Notes: generated by a model from the sequence alone, not told the origin. Positions 14,075 through 27,044 are shown, counted from the whole stretch's first letter. The stretch: 63,912 bases of DNA, filler included, from Octopus bimaculoides (GCF_001194135.2; 8 parts of 7 records of this genome joined end to end with filler, not necessarily neighbours in it), one strand, 5' to 3'. Numbers and translations are program-made.

Positions 14075-14745
14075 CATTTATTGCGCAAAATGGCCTCCCT
14101 TTTGAGCAATTACTGTCTCCACACAAGAACGAAATTTTTTTGCAGCAGCCGCAACCTCCTGCACGGTACTGGTCTTCAAACTGTTGACACTCGAGTGTGG
14201 TGAAGCATTGGTCCTTGCTTGAATCATGCCCGATAAAAAGTAATCGAGAAGGTTGAGATCTGGGTTATTACTGGGCCAGATGTTGGCTCCCACAAAAAAT
14301 GGCAGACAGGATTCTTAGTCTGAAACACAGGTGGTGACGTCAGAAGGGTTGTTTGCAATCACTCGAGAATTTCTGCGATTCACCTCAGCGTCTACAGTGA
14401 ACTTCTTCTCGTCCACAAACACGAGAGTTTTTCTTGCACCTTGATGCTTGATGAATAACAGAATCTTTGGGCATCTCTCGGCTCAGATTGCTTTGGCCTT
14501 GGTTATTAGGAGGTGACGATGGCGTCGAACATAGCTAGTCATAGCAAAGCTCCTGTTCACCGGTCTGGACACCGTGGAAAAGGGACACATTGCGTTTCTT
14601 TGCAACAGATGTCATGGATCTGGATGGGCTGGCTTCAATCGAGCGTTTGAGGCCAGCGAAAATCTTTGGATTGCGCTTGGAATCACTTTGAGTCTTGTGT
14701 TCTTCTCTATCAATCTTTCCCACTTCCTTAAATTGTTTATACACA
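14075..14745 (-). mobile_element. Degenerate Tc1/mariner-superfamily transposase
   Basis: C-terminal WPSNNPDLNLLDY..TNASPHSSVNSLK..FRSCVETVIAQKGGHF and N-terminal HTH SPSRSMTSVAKK, with frameshifts. Confidence 0.88.
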
Positions 14746-14751
14746 CGATAA

Positions 14752-14831
14752 ACTTGCCCAAGGTGGCACGCAGTGGGACTGAACCCGGAACCATGTGGTT
14801 GGAAGCAAGCTACTTACCACACAGCCTCGCC
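14752..14831 (-). mobile_element. SINE family A head
   Basis: acttgcccaaggtggcacgcagtgggactgaacccggaaccatgtggttggaagcaagctacttaccacacagcc. Confidence 0.85.
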
Positions 14832-14844
14832 TATATATATATAT

Positions 14845-14879
<35 letters not shown>

Positions 14880-15704
14880 CANNNNNNNNNNNNNNNNNNN
14901 NNNNNNNNNNNNNNNNNNNNNNNNNNNNNNNNNNNNNNNNNNNNNNNNNNNNNNNNNNNNNNNNNNNNNNNNNNNNNNNNNNNNNNNNNNNNNNNNNNNN
15001 NNNNNNNNNNNNNNNNNNNNNNNNNNNNNNNNNNNNNNNNNNNNNNNNNNNNNNNNNNNNNNNNNNNNNNNNNNNNNNNNNNNNNNNNNNNNNNNNNNNN
15101 NNNNNNNNNNNNNNNNNNNNNNNNNNNNNNNNNNNNNNNNNNNNNNNNNNNNNNNNNNNNNNNNNNNNNNNNNNNNNNNNNNNNNNNNNNNNNNNNNNNN
15201 NNNNNNNNNNNNNNNNNNNNNNNNNNNNNNNNNNNNNNNNNNNNNNNNNNNNNNNNNNNNNNNNNNNNNNNNNNNNNNNNNNNNNNNNNNNNNNNNNNNN
15301 NNNNNNNNNNNNNNNNNNNNNNNNNNNNNNNNNNNNNNNNATATATATATATATATATATATACATATATATGTATGATATCATATTTTGGGTGTGTATG
15401 CGTGTGTGTAAGTCCGTGCGTGTGTGTGTGTGTTTACATGTCAGTAAATTCATTATATTTTCCATCCAGATTGGTGTTGGATTTACGAGAGAGTGCGAAT
15501 ATGAAACGATACGAGGAGTATGTGTGGCAGAGAGACATGAAACAGAAAACATTGAAAGGGAAGTGGCTTTCATTGAAGTTTATTGTTTAATATTGTTTTA
15601 TGTTGTGGCTGATATCGAGAATGATATCAGCAACATTACGCTACGCTCAACAGTTTATATACGTCAGCTCGTTTACATCACTTATATACCTCAGTTATTT
15701 ACAT

Positions 15705-16165
15705 ATATATATAAACGTATGCAAAAAATGGGACCACAAAACATCCAGACAGATGATACAAAAAAGGGACGAGAAAAAACAAGGACGGGTCATTCGGAGT
15801 TTTCTTTCCTCGGTCGAGTTCCAGATTATCTTTGCAATTTCGAAAGACACCCGTTGTTAATGTCCTGTTATTTGCCCTTGTATTTGTGTACCATTTCTCC
15901 GTTTTTTACCGTCCTTGTTTTTGTATACATTCACTGCTTTCTTCCAAGGAATCTAGTGCTCTTAGCTTAGTTTTTTTTTCTTGAGGCTGACCAGATTGGA
16001 GCAATCTCGAGTATAACCAACCGAAATTGCAAAGATAAACTGGCATTCGACTGAGGAAAGAAAACTCCGAATGACCAGTCATTGATTTTTTCTTGACGCT
16101 TTTTTGTATCATCTGTTTGGATGTTTTGCGTTCTGGTCCCTTTTTTGTATTTCTTTTTATATAAA
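15705..16165. mobile_element. Foldback/MITE-like element with ~135-bp imperfect inverted arms
   Basis: 15705-15842 is the reverse complement of 16022-16165 (shared aaaacatcc..cagatgatacaaaaaag..gtcattcggagttttctttcctc.gtcga..tatctttgcaatttcg). The spacer is about 180 bp. Confidence 0.75.
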
Positions 16166-17160
16166 TATGGCGGCGTACGTACACTTTGTTCTCTTAAATA
16201 TATATATTACAAATATAGGGTAAAGGATTATTAATTTATTAATAAATTTACAATTAATAATTTTTACCANNNNNNNNNNNNNNNNNNNNNNNNNNNNNNN
16301 NNNNNNNNNNNNNNNNNNNNNNNNNNNNNNNNNNNNNNNNNNNNNNNNNNNNNNNNNNNNNNNNNNNNNNNNNNNNNNNNNNNNNNNNNNNNNNNNNNNN
16401 NNNNNNNNNNNNNNNNNNNNNNNNNNNNNNNNNNNNNNNNNNNNNNNNNNNNNNNNNNNNNNNNNNNNNNNNNNNNNNNNNNNNNNNNNNNNNNNNNNNN
16501 NNNNNNNNNNNNNNNNNNNNNNNNNNNNNNNNNNNNNNNNNNNNNNNNNNNNNNNNNNNNNNNNNNNNNNNNNNNNNNNNNNNNNNNNNNNNNNNNNNNN
16601 NNNNNNNNNNNNNNNNNNNNNNNNNNNNNNNNNNNNNNNNNNNNNNNNNNNNNNNNNNNNNNNNNNNNNNNNNNNNNNNNNNNNNNNNNNNNNNNNNNNN
16701 NNNNNNNNNNNNNNNNNNNNNNNNNNNNNNNNNNNNNNNNNNNNNNNNNNNNNNNNNNNNNNNNNNNNNNNNNNNNNNNNNNNNNNNNNNNNNNNNNNNN
16801 NNNNNNNNNNNNNNNNNNNNNNNNNNNNNNNNNNNNNNNNNNNNNNNNNNNNNNNNNNNNNNNNNNNNNNNNNNNNNNNNNNNNNNNNNNNNNNNNNNNN
16901 NNNNNNNNNNNNNNNNNNNNNNNNNNNNNNNNNNNNNNNNNNNNNNNNNNNNNNNNNNNNNNNNNNNNNNNNNNNNNNNNNNNNNNNNNNNNNNNNNNNN
17001 NNNNNNNNNNNNNNNNNNNNNNNNNNNNNNNNNNNNNNNNNNNNNNNNNNNNNGATGGACGTATATATGAGAGAGAGATAGATAGAGTTGCTACCAAACA
17101 GCATAAATTATTCTAGAATCATTAAACTTATCTCTGTCCGTAAGGGGTTTATCACATATA

Positions 17161-17230
17161 CCAAATGGCGATTTAGACCAAATGGCGATTTAGACCAAAT
17201 GGCGATTTAGACCAAATGGCGATTTAGACC
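17161..17230. repeat. 17-bp tandem repeat (ccaaatggcgatttaga) x4
   Basis: Four exact head-to-tail copies with no spacers. Confidence 0.95.
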
Positions 17231-17264
17231 AGCTCCACTTAAGAAAGGAAGATCATTTCAAGAC

Positions 17265-17402
17265 TCAAGGATTCTCCAAAGTTAATATGTCGTTAAAGAA
17301 AACTTCAGGTTTATTGTCTGGAGATAAAACGTTATCGTCGATAAGCATTTCTGGTTCAATGGCCGTCATTATTAACTCCTGACGATCGCCTGAACTTATT
17401 TC
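17265..17402 (-). CDS. Possible orphan terminal exon (EISSGDRQELIMTAIEPEMLIDDNVLSPDNKPEVFFNDILTLENP*)
   Basis: Good minus-strand acceptor aagtttcttgcctacag|GAA, phase 0, then 45 open codons of non-repetitive composition. No homology recognised. Confidence 0.25.
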   Translation of the reverse strand, partial: EISSGDRQELIMTAIEPEMLIDDNVLSPDNKPEVFFNDILTLENP

Positions 17403-17509
17403 CTGTAGGCAAGAAACTTAGATTTATACAAAGACAGTTAAACAGACGGACAAACGGACAATCAGACAGACATTGAGATAAACAGGCAGACCGACAGACA
17501 GACAGGCAA

Positions 17510-17564
<55 letters not shown>

Positions 17565-17636
17565 CAAACACACATATATACATACAGACAGACAGATAGA
17601 CAGATAAACAGACAGACTGATAGATTTAGATAGATT

Positions 17637-17678
<42 letters not shown>

Positions 17679-17907
17679 CAGATAGATAGATAGATAGATA
17701 GATAGATCTTGACAAAAATCTTAATCACTTGCAGAATATGAAAACTTTCTTCAAAATGGTGTCATTCTAGGTTAAATATTTTAAGATTGTTTTATGTAAT
17801 TAATTCCTTTTAATTTCAGAAAATCTTTTTCCATTTACTTTGTAACTATACCAAGAACACTTTCCAAAACGTTCTGTGTGNNNNNNNNNNNNNNNNNNNN
17901 NNNNNNN

Positions 17908-17950
<43 letters not shown>

Positions 17951-18510
17951 CCTTTATCTGCAGTTTGTGTCATCATTACCTTTTGGCGAAATGTGGTTTT
18001 ACTGCTTTAACGCAAATAGATAAAAATAAACACGTAGACGCACAAAAACACAGGTTTATATATACACACACTCACTGACTCAAACACACGATATGTGTGA
18101 CTAATCTATGTAAATGTGTGTGTATGTGTGTCTGTGTGTGTGTGTGAGTGTGTGTGCGTGCGCAAATATACAAGAAGATAAGAATTTTTACGCTAGTAGA
18201 GATATAAAGAAACAGAAAGAAATTGAAAATGCACTCAGGGTTAATCAAATGATTTATTTACATTTACTTAACCGGTTTCTTAATTTGGTTCACTGAAACT
18301 GGTTCCTGTATCAGAGGGTTATGTAACAGTGTAAATCTTTTAGCAATTTAGATCAGCAAATATGTTATATGAAAACATGGGTACCAAGAGCACTCAGAGA
18401 ACGCAAACCTCCTCCAAAACAACAACGTCCTCTCATGATTTTTAAAATGGGAATATCTGAAATAAACTCGACTGCTCTCACAAATGAGAATACTAAAAAT
18501 GAAAGTAAAA

Positions 18511-18699
18511 ATCCGGAAAAATAATCCAGAATTCTTGTCCAGTACCGATCCCAAAATCTAATCTGTTCGTGTCAGTCACGAGGCCAAACATCCCTGAAAG
18601 TTTCATCCGAATCCATCCAGCGGATCTTGAGATATCTTGTCCACGGACAGACAACCAATCAAACACGACTGAACACCACCTTCGCTAAGGTGGAGGTAA
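18511..18699 (+). mobile_element. Probable Helentron-associated non-autonomous (HINE-like) element end
   Basis: ccaaaatctaat..gaaagtttcatccgaatccatccagcggatcttgagatatcttg..acagaca.. ends in the hairpin ccacctt-cgct-aaggtgg followed by aggtaa, which resembles the termini of these elements. Confidence 0.5.
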
Positions 18700-18924
18700 G
18701 AATTCTACGTTATGTCCGAATATTAGGTTACGTGGCAGTATGTAATACAATTTGGCCAAAATTCAAGGCAGTGTTAATCTAATAAATTTTATACGAGACA
18801 GAATGAATAACAGATTTTCAGAATAGCAAAGAATCCAGAAATGGCTTGCTCGTTTTATTTTGTAGTTATCTTTGTGTTTATGTATGAATGCAAGGAACAA
18901 TAGTTTAATGTCTTTGTTCAATAT

Positions 18925-20200
18925 GTATTCAGTCGCGGTTTTGTTTTCATTCGTTTTTGATAAACATATTTTCTGTATTTGTCCGTATTTGATCTTCGGT
19001 TTTATCAGAACAAAATGGAAAAACTAAGTTCAATGATATATCTGTTGCACATAAGTCAAAACGTTTACTTAGTGGAATCTGTCTGGTATTAGGATCTCGT
19101 ATTTGTTACCTGTGAATACAGAGTCTGTTTCTCAAAATAAGTTTCATTTGTGTTATGTAATCTTTGTTACATTACATTTCAAAGCATAAATTGAATCTTT
19201 TGACTAACAAATGAAATTATTTCTTCTATGAAACTATGTTCTGTTATAAATTTATATATGTCTTGTGTAAGGTTAATGCACCTTCCGCAGTTAAGACAGC
19301 CTCACTTTTTTGATTATTCGTGTTGTACTTTTGTCGGCAATTTGGTAGTCTATTACTTTTGATTATTTTATGTATTTCAGTCTTGATATTTCATTCATCG
19401 GTTTGTCTTCAATAATGGAATCCTTTGATTCATAGTATTTTGTGTTTCTGTATTTCTTGGGTTGTGTGTTAAGTGTTTCGTGTACTTGAATTAGTTTTCC
19501 TTTTTATTCTTCGCAATTCTTGAATGTCTATTGCTTTGTCACATTCTGTTCAATTACGAATTAACATTGTTTGGTACTGTCTTTCAAGTAGTCATTGTTT
19601 TAATACTTGGCATCCTTTATTTCAGCTTTCTAAATTTGAAACGATTTAACATAATCTTCGTGCCAGATTAAGTGGTATTTTTGTTCTGGAATATTTTGGT
19701 GGCAACAAAAACAGTAAGTACTGTTTTGTTGCTTTGTAGCGGACACTGGTTTCGATACTTGTCTTTTTATGACAAGAGTATCTAGAAACAATAGCTGATT
19801 TTAATCGTATTCCATTGGGAAATCTATTCTGTTGTTTATGTTATTAGTTAGAGTTTTGAAGTATTCAACTTGCTCCAGACCTCGGGTCCACCGAATAAGG
19901 CAGTTTTTCATGTAACATTTCCGATATTTTGATAGATATTTATGGAAGGGGATATCGTCTTTAATCTAGATTGTTTATGTCTTTGAACTTCGAGATATAT
20001 CATGGCCAAACTGGCGTAAGTTAGAGTAACTTTCATTCCCATCGCAGTCCCAGATATTCTTTGTAAATACTGCCATTGAATTTGAATCGTAATTTTATGC
20101 GTTTAACGTAATTTTATGAATTTAAGATATTGTGATGTTGGAATGAATTTTAAGCCCTCTGAAGTCAATAATGCTAGTAAAAGTATCGAAATCGCCATTG
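18925..20200 (-). mobile_element. Degenerate Penelope-like retroelement (RT + GIY-YIG C-terminus)
   Basis: Minus-strand translation gives YLQRISGTAMGMKVTLTYASLAMIYLE, CLIRWTRGLEQVEYF..IDFPMEYD*NQLLFLDTLV and IHR*QIRDPNTRQIPLSKRF..FPF. Confidence 0.88.
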
Positions 20201-20377
20201 TTTTCATTCAACAGCTGAAGAGGAAAGATTCCTATCCATCTTATACACCTTTTCATTGATGAAACATTCACATAGGTATGTATATGTATGTATGTGTGAG
20301 AGAGGGTTGGGGGTTGGGTGCGTATAACTACTGGACTTCGAAGACTCATAAGAAAAATATACTTATATATTCTTTTC

Positions 20378-20580
20378 TTCTTTTATTCTTTACTTGTTTC
20401 AGTCATTTGACTACGGCCATGCTTGAACACTGCATTTAGTCGAACAAACCGACCCTAGAACTTATTTTTTGTAAGCCTAGTACTTATTTTACCAGTCTCT
20501 TTTGCCTAACCGCTACGTTACGGAGACGTAAACACACAAACATCGGTTATCAAGCGATGGTGGGGGGACAAACATGGACA
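20378..20580 (-). mobile_element. SINE family A 3' half
   Basis: ttacttgtttcagtcatttgact.cggccatgct..ctagtactt..catcggtt.tcaagcgatggtgggggg. Confidence 0.88.
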
Positions 20581-20585
20581 CACTA

Positions 20586-20632
<47 letters not shown>

Positions 20633-20732
20633 NNNNNNNNNNNNNNNNNNNNNNNNNNNNNNNNNNNNNNNNNNNNTTAATTAATTAANNNNNNNNNNNN
20701 NNNNNNNNNNNNNNNNNNNNNNNNNNNNNNNN
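20633..20732. other. Artificial scaffold-join spacer
   Basis: 44 N + TTAATTAATTAA + 44 N. Confidence 0.95.
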
Positions 20733-20791
<59 letters not shown>

Positions 20792-22028
20792 CATACATAC
20801 ATGTGTGCATCTATGAGTGTATGTATGCATGTATGTATATATGTAAGTATGTAGAATCATAAATGTACTTATGTGTGGGTGGCTGTATACAAGCACATAT
20901 GCGTGGGTGAATATATATAAATGCATGTGTATTATACACAAGAATAAACAAATACATGCACGCATATACACATGCGCATATATACTCACACACACACGAA
21001 GACGTTCATACGTAATAATTACTAGGAAATCATGATATTATGACGACGAAACCACGACAACCATGACTACTACCAACACCTCTACATCGACCAACAACAC
21101 CACCACCACTACCAACTACAACAACAGCAACAACAAACATAGAATATTGAACTAGTGCTAGTTCAAGAATAAACAAGACTTACTTCTGTAAACTACCGAT
21201 GCTATATATGTTTAGATATCAGATAATGCAATGAATGTTGAAGAACAAAGAATCACAGAATCACAGAATCAAAGAATCAAAAGAAAGAGTAAAAAGAGAC
21301 AGAAATTTTTGGTATACTTCAATTCCTGTCATATATTCTTTTCTTTTGTATTTTCTAGCTTAACGCTTTAAATAGAAGAAATTATAGAGTAAACCAAATG
21401 AAAATGTAACTCTTATGCAAGAAAACCAATGCGGAAAAAAAAAATCGTATTGTTATTGCAACTTCTGAAGAATAGGTTTGGTGATTCGTCAACTGGTTAT
21501 TGGTTCTTTAAATCTAGAAGCAGCAAACACTATATCGATGTTGTTGTTGTTGTTGCTGATGCAGATGTTGCTGTTGTTGTTGTTGTTGTTGATGATGTTG
21601 TTACGTTCTTTTAGACTTTCATTTTGTGTTTGTCGTTCATTTTGCATCGGTTTTATTTATTTATCTATCTATTTATTTAGTAATTTACTTATTTATATTT
21701 TATTTTATTTTTTTTCTTCGTTTTTTTGTTGTTGTTTTTTTTCTTTTTTGTCGTTTGTCTTTGAATCGTCATCACAACACGACGAAACTAGATAGATAAT
21801 TAATGTATGTTTTGGGGTGCTGTCTGTGCGTTTATATCTGTCTATTTATATCATTCTCTGTCACTCTCTCTCCCTCTCTTTCTCTTTCGATGTGTGTGTG
21901 TGTGTGTTTGTGTGTGTGAGCGTGACAAAGTGTGAGTGTGTGTATATGCCTGGCTGTATGCATCCATATTTATGAATAAAATCGAAAACGCATGTAACAC
22001 ATAGACATCATATATATGTATATATATG

Positions 22029-22059
<31 letters not shown>

Positions 22060-22234
22060 TTATGGACATATCTGTATATTGCATGTATGTATTTATGCAT
22101 GTATGAGTGTGTGTATATGTGTATATATACGTACAAAGAGAGAGAGTGTGACATATATATACATGTATATAGACAGACGTTTAAACATGTAATTATATGC
22201 AGCACTGTTAGTGTCTGTGTTTGTGTGTGCATGT

Positions 22235-22292
<58 letters not shown>

Positions 22293-22561
22293 ACATATCT
22301 AGGTGAAGAATAGCAATGGCATCAAAGACTTTCTTTGTAAGAAATTCTAACGGTACAAGACAGACCTCAGTCACAAACTTTACAATCAAAACGGTCTGAA
22401 CCTAGGAAAATAGAGACGCGTGCGTGCACAAACGTATACACATACATACATACATACATATGCGTGTGTGCATGTGTGCATGTGCATGTGTGTTATGTGT
22501 CTGCATGTCTGTGTTTATTTGGTCCTCTCTGTCTTTCTCTCTTTGTCTTCTAACTTCGCTC

Positions 22562-22595
<34 letters not shown>

Positions 22596-23714
22596 CGTCT
22601 CTCTCACCCTCTTTACATGTATCTATCATTTAGTGTATACGTCTGTGTTGATATTTGTCACTGTGCGCATGCGTTAGTGTTTGTGACAGTATAAGTATCT
22701 ATTCCGACGTTCGAATATTTTCCTATTTTCCTTTTTGACTTTTGGTAAAGTTTGTTTACTGAGGAATCAGAGCTTATCCAGAAGACCATTCCTACAATGG
22801 CCAACCAGCCTATATGCTTTTTGACAGTCAAGATTTTCGAGTCGGGTAACATTATCCAATGTATTCTTCTCGTTTTTATATCAAAACATACTTCTAAATG
22901 TGCAGTTTGAAAGCCATTTTACTGCGATTTCTAAAAATCTCGTAATACGATATTATCAACTGAGATAAAATTATAATATTGAAAAAGTATGAATTTTATG
23001 TTTTTTTCCTTCAGAGAATTTCTATCCTTGGCCTATTTCTCAGAAAACATATCTTCACCTAGTTTAAAGTTATTTCAATGGTAACAATGATTGAACCATA
23101 TTTTGCTGAAAAGATTTAATTAGACCTAAACATGCACAGCGCTGTCGAAAGACCTGTCAAAAATCAGATATATTCGACCAAGTAACATACGTTCATTTAA
23201 TTTTTGACCACATGTATATTATATATATATATACATTCATGTATGNNNNNNNNNNNNNNNNNNNNNNNNNNNNNNNNNNNNNNNNNNNNNNNNNNNNNNN
23301 NNNNNNNNNNNNNNNNNNNNNNNNNNNNNNNNNNNNNNNNNNNNNNNNNNNNNNNNNNNNNNNNNNNNNNNNNNNNNNNNNNNNNNNNNNNNNNNNNNNN
23401 NNNNNNNNNNNNNNNNNNNNNNNNNNNNNNNNNNNNNNNNNNNNNNNNNNNNNNNNNNNNNNNNNNNNNNNNNNNNNNNNNNNNNNNNNNNNNNNNNNNN
23501 NNNNNNNNNNNNNNNNNNNNNNNNNNNNNNNNNNNNNNNNNNNNNNNNNNNNNNNNNNNNNNNNNNNNNNNNNNNNNNNNNNNNNNNNNNNNNNNNNNNN
23601 NNNNNNNNNNNNNNNNNNNNNNNNNNNNNNNNNNNNNNNNNNNNNNNNNNNNNNNNNNNNNNNNNNNNNNNNNNNNNNNNNNNNNNNNNNNNNNNNNNNN
23701 NNNNNNNNNNNNNN

Positions 23715-23758
<44 letters not shown>

Positions 23759-24409
23759 CATATATATGTGTGTGTATACACATATGCACGTACATATGTA
23801 CGTACATATGTATACGTATTGATATACTTATTGATATAACGTAATACATATATATGTATCAATACATATATGTGTGTATGTGGAGAGAGAGAGAGAGAGA
23901 AAGAGAAGGAGACACACACACACACACACGCTATATCATGCGTGTGTTCGTTCATGTAAGTGTGTAAGCGTTAACGTATGACTATAGAATCTATACATAC
24001 ATCTCTACGTTCTCACGGTTTGTTTTCGTTTCCTTATTTTTCTTTCTCTTATTTTTCCTAGATATTTTTTTCCCTCTGACACATGGTACTTCTTTTATCT
24101 AATGAATGTCATAGTTTGTCTACGCCAGTAGACAAACATATCTACATTACGACTGCTAAACATATATATTGTCAATAGAACTAGAATTATTATTGCCTAG
24201 ATATAAATTTTATTCTCCTACTGTATGTATATATATAGACTATTGTTTCGAAATCTATTCTTGATCGCCGTATTTTTGTGGGGTTTAAAGTTCAAATTCA
24301 ATTTTTTTTAAGATTAAAATATATTTTTAAACTATTCTTTTAGAATGAATAAACGCATGAGTTACCAGAAAGGAAAGGAAGCGCATTATATAGTGTGGTG
24401 TTGGCGCTT

Positions 24410-24550
24410 TTAAAAATGGCAGCAAATTTGTAAATTCGTTAGAGCGGCAGCTAGGATGGCTAGCTTTCGATATTTGTTCTTTGATGCTATTGCTGGTTCA
24501 AATCTCGCTGAAGCCGACTTGGCATTTTATTGCTTTGGTATCGATGGATA
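24410..24550 (+). mobile_element. Highly degenerate SINE family B copy
   Basis: aaatggcagcaaatt..tcgttagagcggc..ggttcaaatctcgctgaagccgactt.gc.tttt resembles the family B head. Confidence 0.45.
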
Positions 24551-24759
24551 AAATATTAATAGATCAATGGAATCGATTCTGTTTCTTTTCTTTTTCAGAA
24601 TTACTTAAAGCCGATGAGAATATATGTGTGTGCATGTGTATGTGTGTGTGTGTGTGTATTACTTCCCGAATCATATAGGTTCGTAAAGCCGATTTCTCCG
24701 TTTCGTTATGTGCGTGTGTGTGTTTATGTTACTTCTCGAATCATTTAAACTCATAAAGC

Positions 24760-24967
24760 TGATTTCTCCGTTTCTGTGGCGTTTAAACCCCTCCTGGATG
24801 GGACGCCTGTCCGTCGCATGTTTACTCATTTTTGCGAGTTGATAGAAATGGAGCAATGTGAAATAAAGTGTTTTGCTCAAGAGCACAACGCATTTCCCGG
24901 TCCAGGAATCGAAACCACAATCTTACGATCAGGAGTCCAACACCCCTAACCACTAATCCATGCACCT
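24760..24967 (-). mobile_element. SINE family C (ttgagcaaaacacttt.tttcac..tgctcc core)
   Basis: Minus strand head ..ggttcgattcctggaccggg..gttgtgctcttgagcaaaacactttatttcacattgctcc. Matches 27564-27760 and 28520-28780. Confidence 0.85.
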
Positions 24968-25379
24968 ACAAAGGTGGATGGAGGATGAGAAATTAATGTA
25001 TTTTCAAATGCAAAACGTACTATGAGGAAAATATAAATTTTCAACAACTTTTCATGAAGGCGTCCCATCCAGGAGGGGTTTACACTCCACAGAAACGGAG
25101 AAATCACTCTTTCTTTTGACGAACCAAAGCAAGAGACTTTACATGATCATATGATATGCTAGAAGCTGATCCTATCCCTAAAATTTCAGTTTGGCATTTT
25201 GAAATAGGGGACACATTTGATAAGGTAGTCCTAGATACGCCAAACTCGAGAGAACGTGATGATGGTCATGGTTTGAACATCGTTGGTTATAGTTCGCTGA
25301 TTCATGGCCGACCTTGAATTCAAAATTAATGACAATGCCACAAACAAAAGCCACCTCATCACTCTTGTATAGAAATATT

Positions 25380-25995
25380 GATACCAAATTTCGGCACCAG
25401 GCAAGCAGGTTTGATAGAGGAGTTATGTCAATTAAATCGACCCCAGGGTTCAATTGGTACTTATTTTATTCACCCGCGAAAGGATGAAAGACAAAGTGGA
25501 CCCCGGTGGAAGTTAAACTCAGAACGTAAAGACGGACGAAAGGCTGCTAAGCATTTTTTTCCGGCATACTAACAATTTTGCCATCTCGCCACCTTGTTCT
25601 CGTACAGAAATATTAATATCAAAAATAATAATTATAATAATAATAACAATCGTTTCTACTGAAGGGTAAGAGGACTAGTAGATCACATCGACCGTAATAT
25701 TTCACGGGTACTTGATTTATCAACCCCGAAAGGATAAAAGGCTGAAAGGCAAAGTCGCCTCCAGCGGAGTTTGAACGCAGAGTGTAGCGACGGGCGAAAT
25801 ACCGATAGCTCATCGCCTTATCAATAATGATAATAATAATAATAATATTTAATAATAATAATTTCTTACATTTACACGCGAAGTCATGAATATTGTCTGC
25901 AGGGGTATAGACGGTTAAATCGATCCAGTACTTGGTTTGTACATTCCCCGAAAGAATGGAAGGCAAAGTTGATTTCGGTAGAATTTGAACTGAAT
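25380..25995 (-). mobile_element. Three consecutive degenerate SINE family B copies
   Basis: ggtactt..cgaaaggat..aaggcaaagt..aactcagaac motifs at about 25380-25596, 25665-25820 and 25880-25995. Confidence 0.7.
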
Positions 25996-26479
25996 TTGAA
26001 CTCGATACTTAGAAAGTCTAGAACCGTGGAACAAGAGCAGCCCTACCGTCCGACATTACCAGAATTTATATCAACTAATTTCATTCTCAATGATTTAGTC
26101 GCTATAACAAAAAATATTTACTGATGGTGTTGCATAAAGGCATTGAACTTGAAACTACGTAGCCTCGAAACAAAAGTGCTTAACGATTTGACCAGCCGAC
26201 ACACGATTCTAGAACATATGTACTAATGCTACATTTATTGATATTTTAAAGGGTATAATTTATTACATATGTTTTCTCTAGACTTGCCAAAACATATGTC
26301 CATATTTATTGAAGTGTGAACGACTGAAAATACTAACTGTTGACATAAACCTTAATATACTCAATATTCTCGCAGTCACGTGTCAAGGCAGCACTGAATT
26401 CTCTCTCTCTCTCTCTCTTCTTCTCCCTCCCCCTCCCCCTCCCTCTGTCTGTCTCTATTTCTATATTTCTCACCCATTC

Positions 26480-26511
<32 letters not shown>

Positions 26512-26596
26512 ACGCACTCACTCTCCCTCTCTCTCTCCATCTAGCTCTACATATATACGTACATGCATATATATATATGTATGTATATGTATATAT

Positions 26597-27010
26597 AGGA
26601 ACAGGCGTGGCTGTACAGTAACAAGTTTTCTTCCCAACAACATGGTTCTAGGTTCAGTCCCACTGCGTGACACATCGGGCAAGTTTTTCTACAACACCCA
26701 TGGGCCAACCAAAGCCATATCAGTGAATTTGATACACGGGAATTGAAAGAAACCTGCCATCGAATATACATATACATGTGTGTGTATGTGTGTATATGCG
26801 TGTGTGTCTGTGTTTAACCCCTACCACCTTTTGACAACCGGTATTGGTGTGTTTACGTTCCTCTAAGCTAAATGTTCGCCAAAAGAGATCGATGAAATAA
26901 ATGCCAGGCTTAAAAACAAAATAAGTATTGGCTGTGATTCATCTATTCGACTTAAAATTTCTCAACGCAGTGCCCCAGCTTGGCCGCAGTCTAATGACTG
27001 AAACAAGTAA

Positions 27011-27012
<2 letters not shown>
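26597..27012 (+). mobile_element. SINE family A, full length
   Basis: Head ggcgtggctgt..ggttcagtcccactgcg, central TA/GT tract, tail ..ggccgcagtctaatgactgaaacaagtaaaa. Confidence 0.9.

Positions 27013-27044
<32 letters not shown>

Noticed and set aside
17161-17230. 17-bp array as a CRISPR-like repeat
   Set aside because: There are no spacers, the unit is too short, the context is eukaryotic and no cas genes are present.
20677-20688. Recurrent TTAATTAATTAA palindrome as a biological site
   Set aside because: It is always centred in exactly 88 Ns, so it is an assembly linker.
22761-22845. GIRAYPEDHSYNGQPAYMLFDSQDFRVG frame sharing IRAxPE and LFDSQ with the frame at about 40326-40425
   Set aside because: The matches are very short with different spacing and no recognised family. 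Probably coincidence.
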